In this document: one piece after another, positions 38,711 to 50,989 of the stretch
Layout: every line of letters starts with the position of its first letter
Position numbering within the stretch: the stretch's first letter is position 1
Assembly: GCF_964213995.1 (NCBI RefSeq)
Contig: NC_135830.1
Location: 1,612,001-1,676,000, forward strand
DNA length: 64,000 nt
Source: Mustelus asterias
Taxonomy: Eukaryota
Reading direction: 5' to 3'
Made by a program: the position numbers and the translations under genes
The notes under the pieces: generated by a model
Told to the model about the DNA's origin: nothing
What the model saw: the letters and a program-made list of their open reading frames with translations, nothing else
Database searches by the model: none

Positions 38711-41374
38711 AGGGGTGGATCTCAGAGAGAGGATCTCTGGGGTAACGTGCCGTGAGTTCATGGGAGGGGCGGGGGGGGGGTGGGTCCGTGGGATCAGTGG
38801 GAATAGAGCAGGGAGAGAGGATCCTTTCGGCGTTGCTTTGTATGTTCTGGTAGTGGTAACGGAGGGCATGGAGCAGGGAGGGAGGATCCCTCGGGTGATG
38901 TTCCGTAAGCTCTGGCTTTGGTAATACAGAGGATGGAACTTTTAAGGTAGAAATTCGTCACCGAAACCAGAAGGTGAGGGAAACGTAATTAGCATCTCAT
39001 AAAATTGGAAGCAGACATTCAGTACCTACCTGACATACAGTGGTTTATTTGCATCGACAGAACAAAGGTTCTGTGTATTTGAAGCAATTTTGAAGCTACA
39101 ATTCTTCTATCTGATAGGCTCCCTTCTGTGGGGGAAAATTCAATTTTAAAGCTTGCTTGTTGATGCCAGACATCCACAGTCATCCATTATTCTTGATGGA
39201 TCACACACTGTGTGAATCAACGACTTTCCACTCGATAACATGTGTCCGATCGATAGTTGTTTCAGGGTATTATCCCACTGTTTGTGTTATTTCTGAGTAA
39301 CATGTTTCGAATGTGAGGTCAGTGCCTTTGTATGTGTTCAGTGAAACAAGGCACAGAGAATTTAGTCGAACGTTGTGGGGGCAGAGTGAAATCCCAAAGT
39401 GGTAGCTTTGAAATTCGAATTCGATCAATATAATCTAGAAAGGAAATGAGGCACAATAATATGGCCATGACAATTGTTGTGAAGTTGAGTTAATAAAGGT
39501 GAAAAAAATATCTGTAAAGAATGTAAGATACTCGAGGGGAAACAACAGTACATGGTCACTTTAAAAGCTGTTTTTTTGTCATTATCTTTAAAAGCTGGTT
39601 TTGTGTCAATGCCTTCAAAAACTGGTTGTGTTCAATGCTTGAATGTTCACATACAAGGCAAACAGGGTAAAAAAGAGTGCAACATTGTTGTACCAAAAGC
39701 CAGACAACAGGGTAGCGTTGGTAACAGACTCTGCAGGTTTTTGCATATTGTTATCCTATGAGTTTAAAGAAAACACTCAGCTAAAGGGAACCTTTCAGAT
39801 CTGAATTTGCTGTTGTTGACAGCATCAAACCAATCCAGATGTAGAAAATGCATTGTTCATCAGGAATATAAATATAGGAATTCAACTGCCTGCCTTCAGT
39901 GACTCCAGTTTAGTCTGTGAGAACATCACTCGGGCCAAGCCAGAGTCAGATCAGCGGAAGCAGTTAAAGGCAGTCAAGAGCAATTATATCAATTGGAGCA
40001 GTTAGTTTATAACGCTGCCAGCTTCGGATAGTCTGAAGATAACTCACGCTCTAACCAGTGAAAGGTTCCAAATTAGGCATTGCTTACCGAAAAACTCCAA
40101 AACTTCTGCACGCTATAAAACCTTGTTGCATAATTTATTTGAGAGTGACCAAAAATTATGTTATTACTGTTTTGGTAATGAATGTTCCGTGCGTTTATTT
40201 GAACAGCATTTCAGTCGGAAATGTCCGTTAATTAAAATGTTATTTGTTCAGTTAAAGTTTCGGTTGGTTAAATAAAATAACTTGTTAATTGCTCACTTTA
40301 AGCGAGTGTCAGGTCTTTATATTAATGAACATCTAAACGTTAAGGTAGAACAGTTAACATCTTGTGAAACACTTCTGTCAGATTACGAAGCGCAATAAGG
40401 GGGATTAACCTCTGTGTTGAAACACAATTATCAGCGATTATTGTAACATTCCTTGTGGTCCTGTTTGAAGATAGTAATCTGCCAAACTTCTGGCCTGGCT
40501 TGCAAAGGACGCCAGATCCACAATAATGCATGTGATTGCCACATGGCCGCTGAAAGGGCCGAGAAAGCCAGGCAGTACAAGGACAATTAGTAATGGCCCT
40601 GCCAGAAACATCCGCATCCCATAAAATGCAAGGAAAAGAAATGCATCACTCTGTACCGACTCTGGGATTGATAACTAGAATAGTGTTCAGGAAGAGGTAT
40701 TCTTCCACATTCTACATATCTGCATCCGGCAAAGCAATGCCTCTGCTGCTGAATTGTCTGACAGAGTGTGACAGACAATAGTCTCAGTAAAATCACGGGC
40801 GTTTTCTTCGCTGTTCAATCGTTCTTTCTCTGGAGTTTACCATTAAAAGGCCAAGGTAACGGTGCCTTTACACGGCTGAGTGGATCAGTGAATCTTTCAC
40901 TGAAGACCCTGGATTTTCAACACATCCGAGACTGGACCGATGAAATGCACATCCCTGGCAATGTGGGGAAAACCGCTTAGGAGGTAAAATTGAGCTCTGT
41001 CGATGAATCATGCAGGAAGGGCTTCAGTACAGCCATATTTAATAGATCCACATCATTGCAGACTGGCCCCTGTCAAAATTCGGCGGAGGGGTCAGAGGAG
41101 TCAGTTTAGCCACCTTGGACCCTGACGCGGTGAATGCTTCACGCATAAGTATTCTAATAGTTCAGTTCATATCAAGCTTTATTAAAATTGCAGTGAACAT
41201 TTCAAAGTTAACTAAAATGAGTATAACATTTAAGCATCGATCTGAGAACATAAAGCGTGTGCGCTGAGCTGACAACACTATGGAGAACCGTAACCAACAC
41301 CAGAAAGAGGAAGCAGGATTCCCAAATAAAGAGAAGTGAATACCTGTGAGGCAGTAGTGAAACAAGTTATAATC

Positions 41375-41742
41375 ATAGAAATAAAGAATCCCTAAAGTGG
41401 AGAAGAAGGCAATTCGGCCCATCAATTCTTAGAATCTTAGAGAACTTTAGAGAGGCCATTCGGCCCATCGAGTCTGCACCGACCAGAATCCCACCCAGGC
41501 CCTATCCCCATATCCCTACAATTTAAGCATCCCAGGACACTAAGGGCAATTTTAGCATGGCCAATCAACCTAACCCGCACATCTTTGGACCGTGGGAGGA
41601 AACCAGAGCACCCGGAGGAAACCCACACAGACACGAAGAGTCGTGCAAACTCCACACAGACAGCGACCCAAGCCGGGAATCGAATCCAGGTCCCTGGAGC
41701 TGTGAAGCAGCAGTGCTCACCATTGTGCTACCGTGCCGCCCT
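41375..41742 (-). mobile_element. HE1-like V-SINE type 1 (young subfamily, with an extra tail fragment)
   Basis: Very similar to 48175-48512. Confidence 0.88.
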
Positions 41743-41947
41743 AGCAGATTTCGTTCCCATGGGAACATTACTGAGTCAAGGGTTTTTTCCAACAATGGAC
41801 TGCGGATTCATGGTCATCAGTGGATTTTTCCTTCCAGATCATTTTTTGTTGGTTGAATTCAAATTCTACCAGCTGTCATGGCGGGTCCCCAGAACATCAG
41901 CTGGTTTAGCGATAATACCACTAGGCCATCATCTCACCGAAAACATT

Positions 41948-42042
41948 TGCTGTAGGTGAGACTCGAACTCACAACCTGGGCATAGTGCACTGGCAGCACT
42001 GCTGTATAAGTACCACACACTAACCAATTGTGCCACTGAAGC
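41948..42042 (-). tRNA. tRNA-Ile(UAU) pseudogene retaining its intron
   Basis: GCTTCAGTGGCACAATTGGTTAGTGTGTGGTACTTATA-[cagcagtgctgccagtgcact]-ATGCCCAGGTTGTGAGTTCGAGTCTCACCTACAGCA. Collinear with vertebrate tRNA-Ile-TAT, intron after position 37. Most differences are CpG decay; the acceptor stem is mismatched. Confidence 0.85.
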
Positions 42043-42059
42043 ATTGCTACACGGACTCT

Positions 42060-42345
42060 GCACAGACTCTGCACAGACTCTGCAACAGAGCATCTCACCC
42101 AGGCCCGATCACAATAACACCTGTTGATACCCCACTAATCCCCTAACCCACACAACAATTTAACAAGGCCTGGGCACCTAACCTGCACATTTTTGGGCTG
42201 TGGGAGGAAACCAGAGCACTCGGAGGAAACCAGCGCAGAGACATGGCGAACGTGCAAACTCCTCACAGATAGTCACCCAAGGCCAGAATTGAACCTGGCT
42301 TCATAGCACTGTGAGGCTGCAGTGGTACCCACTGTTACGCCCCCA
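42060..42345 (-). mobile_element. HE1-like V-SINE type 1 (diverged)
   Basis: Head and V-domain, just downstream of TM2. Confidence 0.75.
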
Positions 42346-42569
42346 TATTTACAGATGCAATTGGAACAGGAAAATTATAAGCTACCCTTATAAAATGACC
42401 ATCAGCATCTCGCACATTTCAAACATGAAGAAAAACATAATTATAGTCCATTATTGTTTCAGTTACACATCGAAATCGTAAATGAAAGGCATTTTGCAGT
42501 CAGAGGAGGCAAGAGCTAATATTCCATTTGTATCATGTAGAGAACTTGAAACTTCAAGCTGAGCAAAAT

Positions 42570-42602
42570 TCACGAAATGTAAAAATCAACTGACCATTTG
42601 AC
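42570..42602 (-). CDS. IGHM: IgM cytoplasmic exon TM2, extended (VKWSVDFYIS*)
   Basis: After a 140-nt intron, strong acceptor tttatctctcccttacag followed by GTC AAA (VK), then TGG where a stop is expected. The frame runs to TGA at 42572-42570. Confidence 0.75.
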   Translation of the reverse strand, partial: VKWSVDFYIS

Positions 42603-42742
42603 CTGTAAGGGAGAGATAAATTACTGAAGCAGATGTGTTTAATTTGGGGCATTTTCACAACGAATATTAATCATTGAAACTTTCAGAGATTTTTCAAACC
42701 GACTCAGTCAGTTTGAAGTGTGGGTCGATTGCATCTTCTCAC

Positions 42743-42870
42743 ATTCATCAGGGTGAGGGCCGCACTGTAGGACATGCTCAGGAAGAACAGGATGATGAAT
42801 GTGAATGCGGTTGTCCAGCCTTTACCGTTATCTTCTGGATATTTTTCCATCCAGGTTTGGTCTGTTAAAT
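42743..42870 (-). CDS. IGHM: IgM transmembrane exon TM1
   Basis: Acceptor tatccttgtag, phase 1 matching the CH4 internal donor. (D)LTDQTWMEKYPEDNGKGWTTAFTFIILFFLSMSYSAALTLMN, with the conserved antigen-receptor TM motif (W..A.TFI.LF.LS..YS). Donor AAT|GTGAGA. Confidence 0.92.
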
Positions 42871-43619
42871 CTACAAGGATACAAGACAATATAATTAGAT
42901 TGATTATTAATCACAGCCTCTTATTGTTTAGTTTATGTTACACTTTCTTTTTCTAAAGATATTACTTTATTTTCTAAGTTAAATTTCAGTGTATATCTAC
43001 TTTTAAATTCCTGAGATTCCAGATTCCTGGTGTCGTTTACATACTAATAACTTCCTTGACTGAAGGTGTGGCAAAATTTCTTAATCATAAGTTTATTTTC
43101 GACCAGTTTCATGAAATCATTAAGCAGAGCGTATCAAGAAGAATATTGAGGGACCTGCACTCAGCTACATATTTTCAAACTGTGAATGTTGGCATAGAAG
43201 TTTTTTCCATTCTTGCTAGTTTATTTGTGATGGATTTGCTTGACCCGTCATGAACTAAAATCAATCTCTTAGTAATAACGTTACTTCAGTATTTTTGTTG
43301 GTCGTTATGTAACAGGGACATTTTTGGCGAATATGTCCGTTAAAAAGTTACATTCCAATTATACTTTCAAAAATAGCCTGGTGTTCATATTGTTTCTTTC
43401 TGCATTTTTTGTGTGTGTTCTCAAGTCTCCCCTCAGTTGTTCTTTGTCTGTGCCTCCATATGTGTGTTTGAGTGTTAATGTGTTTGTCGAGGTGCCAATG
43501 TTGATTTATGTGTTTTTGTGTGTACAGCTCTCGTTATATTTTGTCTTTGAATCAATTTGTACAAAATAATATGACTCTGAGCGTTTGTGTCTTTATGTCT
43601 ATGTGCATGTATTCATTGT

Positions 43620-43925
43620 GGGCAGCACGATGGCACAGTGTCTCAGTGATTAGCACTACTTCCTCACAGCGCCACGGGTCAGGTTCGATCCCTGGCTTGG
43701 GTCACTGTATGTGCAGGCTCTGCACGTTCTCCCTATGTATGCATGCGTTTCCTTCAGGTCGCTCCCAAAGTCTGAAAGACGTGCTCATAGGTGCATTGGT
43801 CATGCTAAATTTTCCCTCAGTGTACCCAAACACGCGCCGGAGTGTGGCGACTAAGGAATTTTCACAGTAACTTTATTGCCTTGTTAATGTAACCTACCTG
43901 TGAAGCGAGCTAACAAACTTTAAAT
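43620..43925 (+). mobile_element. HE1-like V-SINE type 2
   Basis: Head plus type 2 tail. Confidence 0.8.
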
Positions 43926-44559
43926 CATGCATTTCTTAATTGGTGTTCTTGCGTAAATGTCTGCGAACGTGCGTTAAAGTGACTCCTTGTGTCCCACATG
44001 TGCGTCGCTATATCATTGTCTGTCTCTTCTTGGCGCAGATGTGTGTGAATATGTGTGTGTGCGCATATGCATGCAGGCATTCCTCTGAGCAGAAAAAAAA
44101 TTGAATTGATGACGCAAATAGAAATTAGTAAGTACAATCTGATCACTAATACACAGATATTTCCGACGGATCCAAAGGACTGGGATCTGTATAGTTTTTA
44201 GGAAGATATTTAGGAAGGGGAATAAGTTAAAAAAAGTTGGAGCGATAGCTCTGTTAATTACGGATCGTGTTAGCATATCAGAGAGGAATGGCCTATTTCC
44301 ACAAATTCAGATGTAGAAGGAGTTTGGACTGAGATGAGGAACAATTCAGTTACTTACTCCAGAATTGTAATTGCACGGTTAGAACAGAATGTTAAAGAAG
44401 GTATAGTGGGAGCTTTTCAGAAATGTATGGACGTAACCGTGGATGATTTTACACTACATATTGATCAGAATAATCAGACGAACAGAGATAGCAGTAGGTT
44501 AGTAGTTCATGTTTTCGTGATAGTTTCTCAGACAAGCAGGTTGTGGTGCCAATCAAGAG

Positions 44560-47230
44560 GGCAGGGTATACTTACAGTATGTGACATTGTGCAACAAGAC
44601 AGGATTAACAGCAAATTTCATAGTGAAGACACCTTAGGCAGCAGCAATCATAATATGATTTATTTTACATTCAGCTTGAAGGAGAGAATGATGTGGTCAA
44701 GAATAGTTTTTAAAAAAATCTCAAATAATGGTGATGAAGGGGACATGAAAGTGGAGCTAGCTCAAGTGCACTGGCAAATGAAATTCTCGTATAGATCAAT
44801 AGTGGCCCAGTGACAGACATTTATGGGGATATTTCTGAATACAAAGAATAGACACGTTTATTTCAAAGAGATGGGCAACCATCTATTGGTGAACTAAAAA
44901 AGATGAAATGCAGTATTATACATTTAAAAATATATATTTATTTGCACAAAGACAAGTAGTAGGTCAAAATGTTGGATAGAATATAAGGCACATCAAGAAT
45001 AAGAAACGGTTTGAAAAGGACGGAACATCTATAGTACGAGAAAAAGTTGGCGACTTAAATAAAAATGGATAGTAGCAGATGTTATAGGTATTTAAATGAT
45101 GAGAAAGTTTAAAAAGTGAACGTTTGTTTTCTAGAAATAGCATCTGGGGAGTAGATAATGGAAAACAGGGCTATGGCAGATCATAGAAACAAATTCCTAC
45201 AGTGCAGAAGGAAGCTATTTGGCCCACCGAGCCCGCAGCGACCACAATCCCACCGAGGCCCTACCCTCTTAACCCCACATATTTACCCTATTAATCTCCC
45301 AACATCCCCCGTAACACTAAGGGGCAATTTAGCATGGCCAATCAACCTAACCCATACACTTTTGGACTGTGGGAGGAAACCGGAGCACCTAGAGGAAACC
45401 CAAGCAGACACGTGAAGAATGTGCAGACTCTACACAGACAGTGGCCCAAGCCGGGATTCGAACCCGGGTTTCTGGCGCTTTGAGGCAGCCGTGCTAACCA
45501 CTGTGTCACCCTGCCGCCTTTCAGGTGAGCTTAAAAAGTTTTGCATTGTCTCCACTGCAGAGGATACAAGTCCATTTCACAGGAGGTGGAAAAGAGGGGG
45601 AAACTTAGTAAAATAGTAATCTCCGGGAAAGTGGTATTGAGGAAACTGCTGGCAAATCCCCAGGTACGAATGGACTTCACAATAAGTTCTCGGAAATCAT
45701 TGGCAGTGAAATAGCTGATGCATAAGTTTTAATCATCCAAAATTCCTTTGACTGTGGGAAGGTTAAATTAAATTTGGAGATAGAATTTGCAACTTCTTTA
45801 ATGAATAATGGAGGGAGATAGAAAACAGGAAGCATCAAGCCAGTTAGCGTAACATCTCTCATGAATAAAATGTTAGATGATATTTGCAAAGATGGTATAG
45901 CAGGGCATTTGGAGAACCATCAAGACAATCCGGCAGAGCAAAGTACTTTTTAGTAAGGGAAGTCATGGTGGTTCACCAGTTTATTGGAGTTTTTGATGGA
46001 GTCACATGTGCTCCAAAAAAGAAAATAGAAAGGAGAACCGGTGGATGTTAGATTTCCAGAAGAAACTTGTTAACGTGCCACATGAAATGTTAATGTGTAA
46101 AACAAAAGCTCGTGGGTTAGAGGCCAACATATTCACATGGACTGAAAATTGGCTAGTAAACAGGACATAGAAAGTTGGCATAAATTGGTAATTCATGGTT
46201 GGCAGAGTATGACGAGTGATTTGCCAAGAGGATCCATGCTGGGAACACATTGTTATTTCAGATTAATATAAATGACATTGCTGAAGGAACAAATGCCATG
46301 GTTGCTATAATAGCTAACAGCACAAACATAGGTGGGAAAATAAACTGTAAAGAAGCAATAAAGGGGCAACAAAGGGACATAAAAATGTTAAGCACTTGGG
46401 CAAAACTCTGGCAAATGGAGTATAATGTATGACAATGTGAATTTATGACAATGCCCATTTTGGTTGGAAGAAAATAGAGCTTATTATCTTAAACTTGAGA
46501 GATTGCAGAGCTCGGAGGTGCAGAGGAGCTTAGAGTTCCAAGTGCATGATTCGCAAAAGGCTAGAATGCAGTTAATTAGGTGAGCTAATAGCACGTCTTT
46601 TTACTTTTAGCAGAGTTAATTACACGAGTAAGGAGGTTATGTTTCAGTTGTGCAAGGAGTTGTTGATCCACACCTGGAGTAAGGTGTACAGTCGTCGTCT
46701 CCTTCTCCAAGGAAAGTTGCCAATGGGTTAGAAACAGTTCAGAGAAGGATTACGAGGTTAATTCCACGAATCAAGGCGTTTTCTTAACGGGAAATGTCGG
46801 AGAGGTTAGATATTTACTTATTAGATTTGAAGAGTGAGAGTTGACTTTAACCGAAACCTTTAAGATCCTGAAGCATTTCGACGTGATGAATATGGAGGTC
46901 CTGTTTCCTCTTGTTGGAGAATCTAGAACTAGGGACCACTGTTTAAAAATAAGGGGTCGCACAATTTGGACGTAGATTGGTTGATATTATTTCCTTCAGT
47001 GGATCATGAGTCTCTGGCAATTGCTTCCACAAAAGACAGTGGAAGCCGATCTTTGAATATTTTAATGCAGTGCTAGATAGTTTCTTGATTGACAAGGGGG
47101 TGCAAAGTTCTTGGAGGTATGCTGCAATGTGGGGTTGAGGTTACAATCAGATCTCCGTTCATCTTATTGAATGCAAATGCAGAATCGACGGGCTGAGTGG
47201 CCTAACCCTGCTTCAAACTCCTACGTTTTT
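44560..47230 (+). mobile_element. Old degraded CR1-type LINE in the CH4-TM1 intron
   Basis: Decayed ORF2 motifs (LGSSNHNMI.F; WAKLWQMEYNV; tagaactagggaccactgtttaaaaataagggg) and 3' tail. Confidence 0.75.
45181..45518 (-). mobile_element. HE1-like V-SINE type 1 inserted in an old CR1
   Basis: Full head and tail, interrupting the LINE at 44560-47230. Confidence 0.85.
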
Positions 47231-47829
47231 ATGTTTATATGTATATTTGCGTGCGTGTGTTTGTTTGTTGCTCGTTGTATTTATGTTCTGCTGAAGGTTT
47301 GCAACTGTGTATTGATGTATGTTTATGTCTTCGTATGTATGTTGTGTCTGTATACGCATCTCTGTGAGTGAATATGTATTTGAGCGTGTGTTTCGGCGTG
47401 TGTCTGTGTGCGTGTGTGTGTGTGTGTGTTTTATGTCAGTTGTGTACAGATTAATAAATTCCATGCATTTACTCTATTCAAAGATCTCCTGACAATACCT
47501 GACAATGTGAATTATTTAGAATATTTTCAGTTTTCAGCGAACATATATGTTTCTTGTCAGACACAATTTGACATCAGGGAACCAATGCAAAAATCTAACA
47601 CTGCAATTAATAAAAGTCCGGAATGGAACTTTGTTAACCCCAGAAAAATTCAATCACACGCTTCGATTTGAATTGCCTAAAATCAATATTCTCAAACGAT
47701 TAACAGGATCAAGCGTGGTAAAACTTTCTAAAATTATGTTGCATAAATATATATTTTCCAACGTGTTTAGCCGTATGGAGATGTAAAACTTTCAGCCAAT
47801 AAGCTAATAGCTAACGTATTATGTGGACA

Positions 47830-48700
47830 GCTGAGCCCTTCTGGTAGGGGTCGGTTCCCTCCCAGACTCCCTCCTCGGGGAGTGGGAAATCGTGTGTACT
47901 AAGCAATTTCCCTTTGGGTTGCTGTTGCCGAGGAATTGGGGGCATAATGGATTAACTGATGATCTTGTTCGATTTTTCAATGGAGCAATGGAGGTAAAAT
48001 TTGTTAATTCACTTTCAGTTTTCTCTGATTGGTAAGTGGAGGAACATTGGTGATCTGATCCCCCCCCGCCCCCCCCACCCCCTCCACCCCCTCCCCCTCC
48101 CCCTCCCACCGCCTTGTTTTGGAAAGGATCAGGTACAGTGTTAACTCGTGCCCTGCCCATCTATTTGAAGATAGGGCGGCACGGTAGCACAGTGGTTAGC
48201 ACTGCTGCTTCACAGCTCCAGGGTCCCGGGTTCGATTCCCGGCTCGGGTCACTGTCTGTGTGGAGTTTGCACATTCTCCTCGTGTCTGCGTGGGTTTCCT
48301 CCGGGTGCTCCGGTTTCCTCCCACAGTCCAAAGATGTGCGGGTTAGGTTGATTGGCCAGGTTAAAAATTGCCCCTTAGAGTCCTGGGATGCGTAGGTTAG
48401 AGGGATTAGTGGGTAAATATGTGGGGGTAGGGCCTGGGTGGGATTGTGGTCGGTGCAGACTCGATGGGCCGAATGGCCTCCTTCTGCACTGTAGGGTTTC
48501 TATGATTCTATGAAGATGAAATAGGCGTACTGAGAGCGACAAAATATCCCCCGCCTTCTTGTTAGGGAAGACGGGGTACAGTGGATTAACTAATGCCGTT
48601 CCCCCTCTCTTTGTTGGGAAGTGCGGTACAATGGATTGACTAATAGCCTCCCGCTTCTCTTTGTTGTGGGAGTGGATGAACTGTGAATTAATAATATCCA
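47830..48700 (+). repeat. Degenerate ~50-bp minisatellite split by a young SINE, with C-rich tract 48060-48110
   Basis: Units of the form ccccc..cttt(c)ttgttgggaag..cgggtaca(g/a)tggatt(a/g)actaat at ~48550, ~48600, ~48650, with weaker units at ~47910 and ~48105. Confidence 0.6.
48175..48512 (+). mobile_element. HE1-like V-SINE type 1, near consensus (young)
   Basis: Intact A/B boxes, CpGs preserved, tail ...ctatgattctatga. Confidence 0.92.
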
Positions 48701-49105
48701 TTTCCCTTCTTTCTGATTGTGTACTGTTTGCTCATGTGTGCGTTTGAGGCTCACTCCAGTTCCCAGTAGGGTAGATGCAGCTACAAAAGCTGACATAATT
48801 TTATGGACAACAAGAGAAGCAGGAAAACGGTGAGCCAATTGACTGTGGCTGTTTGTCAGAAATGGGAAATTGTAAGAATTATTTTCAGCAGAAGGAAAGT
48901 TGGGCTACTTATTTTACAGAATGCTGTATTGAATGAATTACATTCTGTTTCTTGCGCAGGATATGTCTGAGCTGGGACCATTGTTTTTAGAAGAAACGTG
49001 TACGAGATCTGTAAATATCCAGCTTTACCTGAACAAGTCTAACATTAACAAAGTGGACAAAACATGAAGTCTGTGGATGCTTAAACGACTTTGGTGGAAA
49101 AGGCT

Positions 49106-49120
49106 TTTATTACTTTTATT
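49106..49120 (-). terminator. Tandem AATAAA polyadenylation signals of the secreted mu mRNA
   Basis: Plus-strand TTTATT at 49106-49111 and 49115-49120, about 40-50 nt downstream of the secretory stop. Confidence 0.8.
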
Positions 49121-49156
49121 GATGTTCAAAGTATAACTGACAGATTTCCAATGACA

Positions 49157-49539
49157 TTAATTCACTGTGTCCATCAGTGCAAGGGAAATGTTCACAAAAC
49201 TCGGTTTACCAGTGGATTTATTCAGCGTGCTGCTGATAATCTTCAGGGGAAGAGCTTCATGTCCCACCACACAGGAGTAAGAAGCGCCGCTGGCCCACTC
49301 CTCTGATGCAATGGATAACAGGCTGTACATGACGAAGGTCCGATTGCCGTTCTCCGCCATCACCTCAGTGTTCTTATAGTTTCCGGGATTCAACAACGTG
49401 TCATTGATGGTCCACTTGACGAAGATTTCTCGGGGGAAGAAGCCTCTCACTAAGCAGCTGAGGGAGATAAATCTCTGAGAGGAGACTTCTTGTGCCGAGG
49501 GCAGCAGCAAATACACAGAAGGTTTCAGCGGGTTTTTTG
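49157..49539 (-). CDS. IGHM: IgM heavy chain CH4 with secretory tailpiece, truncated before the penultimate Cys
   Basis: Acceptor atttcctgcag. [43 protein letters not shown]...[40 protein letters not shown]. Internal donor G|GTAAAC at 49210/49209 for the membrane form. Stop TAA 49159-49157 is followed directly by TGT. Confidence 0.95.
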
Positions 49540-50989
49540 CTGCAGGAAATTTAAATTCAATGTCAATTTAAAAAAGAGTATTAGGCAAAATTAAACCGAT
49601 GCTTAAAGGTGAGAGAAATTTGAATGGTCTTTGAAGGAGGGTAATATCAAGTTTACTGTATAAAAGCCCCTCATTTTAAATTTACTATGATAAGTAGACA
49701 AGGTGCCTTATATCTGAAATAAGTTTTCACCGTGTGTCTAATATTATATGCAAAAGTCTTGCCTGTGCAATTACAATTTAACCAGGTATTATGACATTAA
49801 ACTGTATTCTCGTCTCGTGAACCTTGGTCAACATGCGATTTAACTGCTCAGCATGATGGGAATTAGAAAGTAATAGACAGACCAAATTCTTTTGAGAATA
49901 TCAAGTATAGAGAGAGCAGTTCTCTTTATCAGCTTGAGGCAGGCAGCTCAAGTTAATCAGGGCTTTGGAATGTACGGGAATGCATTAGCTCATGGTTAAC
50001 GAGGTTGGTGCAGTTTCTGATGCTGATAATGAGACTGGACATAGGCAAGGGAATTGACTCCCCTTACCAATTAAAATTTGCATATGATAACAATACATTT
50101 GAATCTATCAGATTTACGTAATTAGGTTTCCTCATAAGGAGGGAAGGCCTTTCAGGTGTCATGGAATAATGAGCTGTTAAGCCCACTGACAGTTCGAGCG
50201 CTATGGCCAACGTTATAATCTGTAATACTGTAAACTGATTCTTCAGTGGGTGACTAGCTGGGTGGGGAATCGACTTGCTCAAAACAGTATATCAATCTCA
50301 TACTTGGACTATTACGTCAGAAAGGGTGACTGGTGCTTTCTGACTATCTTTTCTCCTGATGCACGCATTCGTAATGTACTTCTTTTCGCTCCATAACAAT
50401 ATGTTGTCCTTCTTAGACTCTATACTGGTTGCTTTCAGCTGAGTATAAGAACCCCCATCCCCCCTCCCTCCGCTCCACACACACACACAGATGGACACTC
50501 TGGGAAATTCCTCTTACAGCGTTGAATTTTGAGGGTTTCTATTTCCCATTTTGGGATATACCCGGTTTTGCCACTCGGAACAGTGGTGAATGCAACCCAT
50601 TCTCTCCGAAAACTTACGTGATTACATTAGATCGGTTTGCAGCACTGATCCAGGTCATTTGCTTCAACTGATCGTGTTATTGTTTACTCTTAAAATCTGT
50701 CTCATCCCAACTTAATCAACTTAAATCCAGGAGCATTGCCATTCATTCAATGTCCATTCATCTACTTTCAATTTGCCCCTTAAAGTCTGCAGACCCAGTT
50801 CACTTACGTTTTCAACCGTTATACCTGCTTTTCTGGCGCAAAATAACAAGAAGAAATATGCCCAGCCATGAGTTATAAAATAAGTTAACGATCATATAAG
50901 ATCTAAGGAGTAGACGAATATCTTTTCCAGAGAAAGTAGCAAACTTGAGGATTGGGAGTATTTCAGTGCACAAGAACACAATAAATTTA

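Noticed and set aside
38522-38924. ORFs rich in CV/TH repeats (also 47171-47464) and the poly-Gly ORF 47819-48160
   Set aside because: Microsatellite or low-complexity translations.
39522-40424. Possible solo LTR with three ~26-bp internal repeats (39560-39640)
   Set aside because: No TSD or internal retroelement sequence; cannot be supported without a library search.
44334-44813. 159-aa ORF in the CH4-TM intron as an extra Ig exon
   Set aside because: Wrong strand, no Ig Cys/Trp pattern, and overlaps a decayed CR1.
50076-50083. Octamer ATTTGCAT in the CH3-CH4 intron (others near 18328, 32588, 47171)
   Set aside because: The number in the window is about what chance predicts; one lies in a LINE tail.
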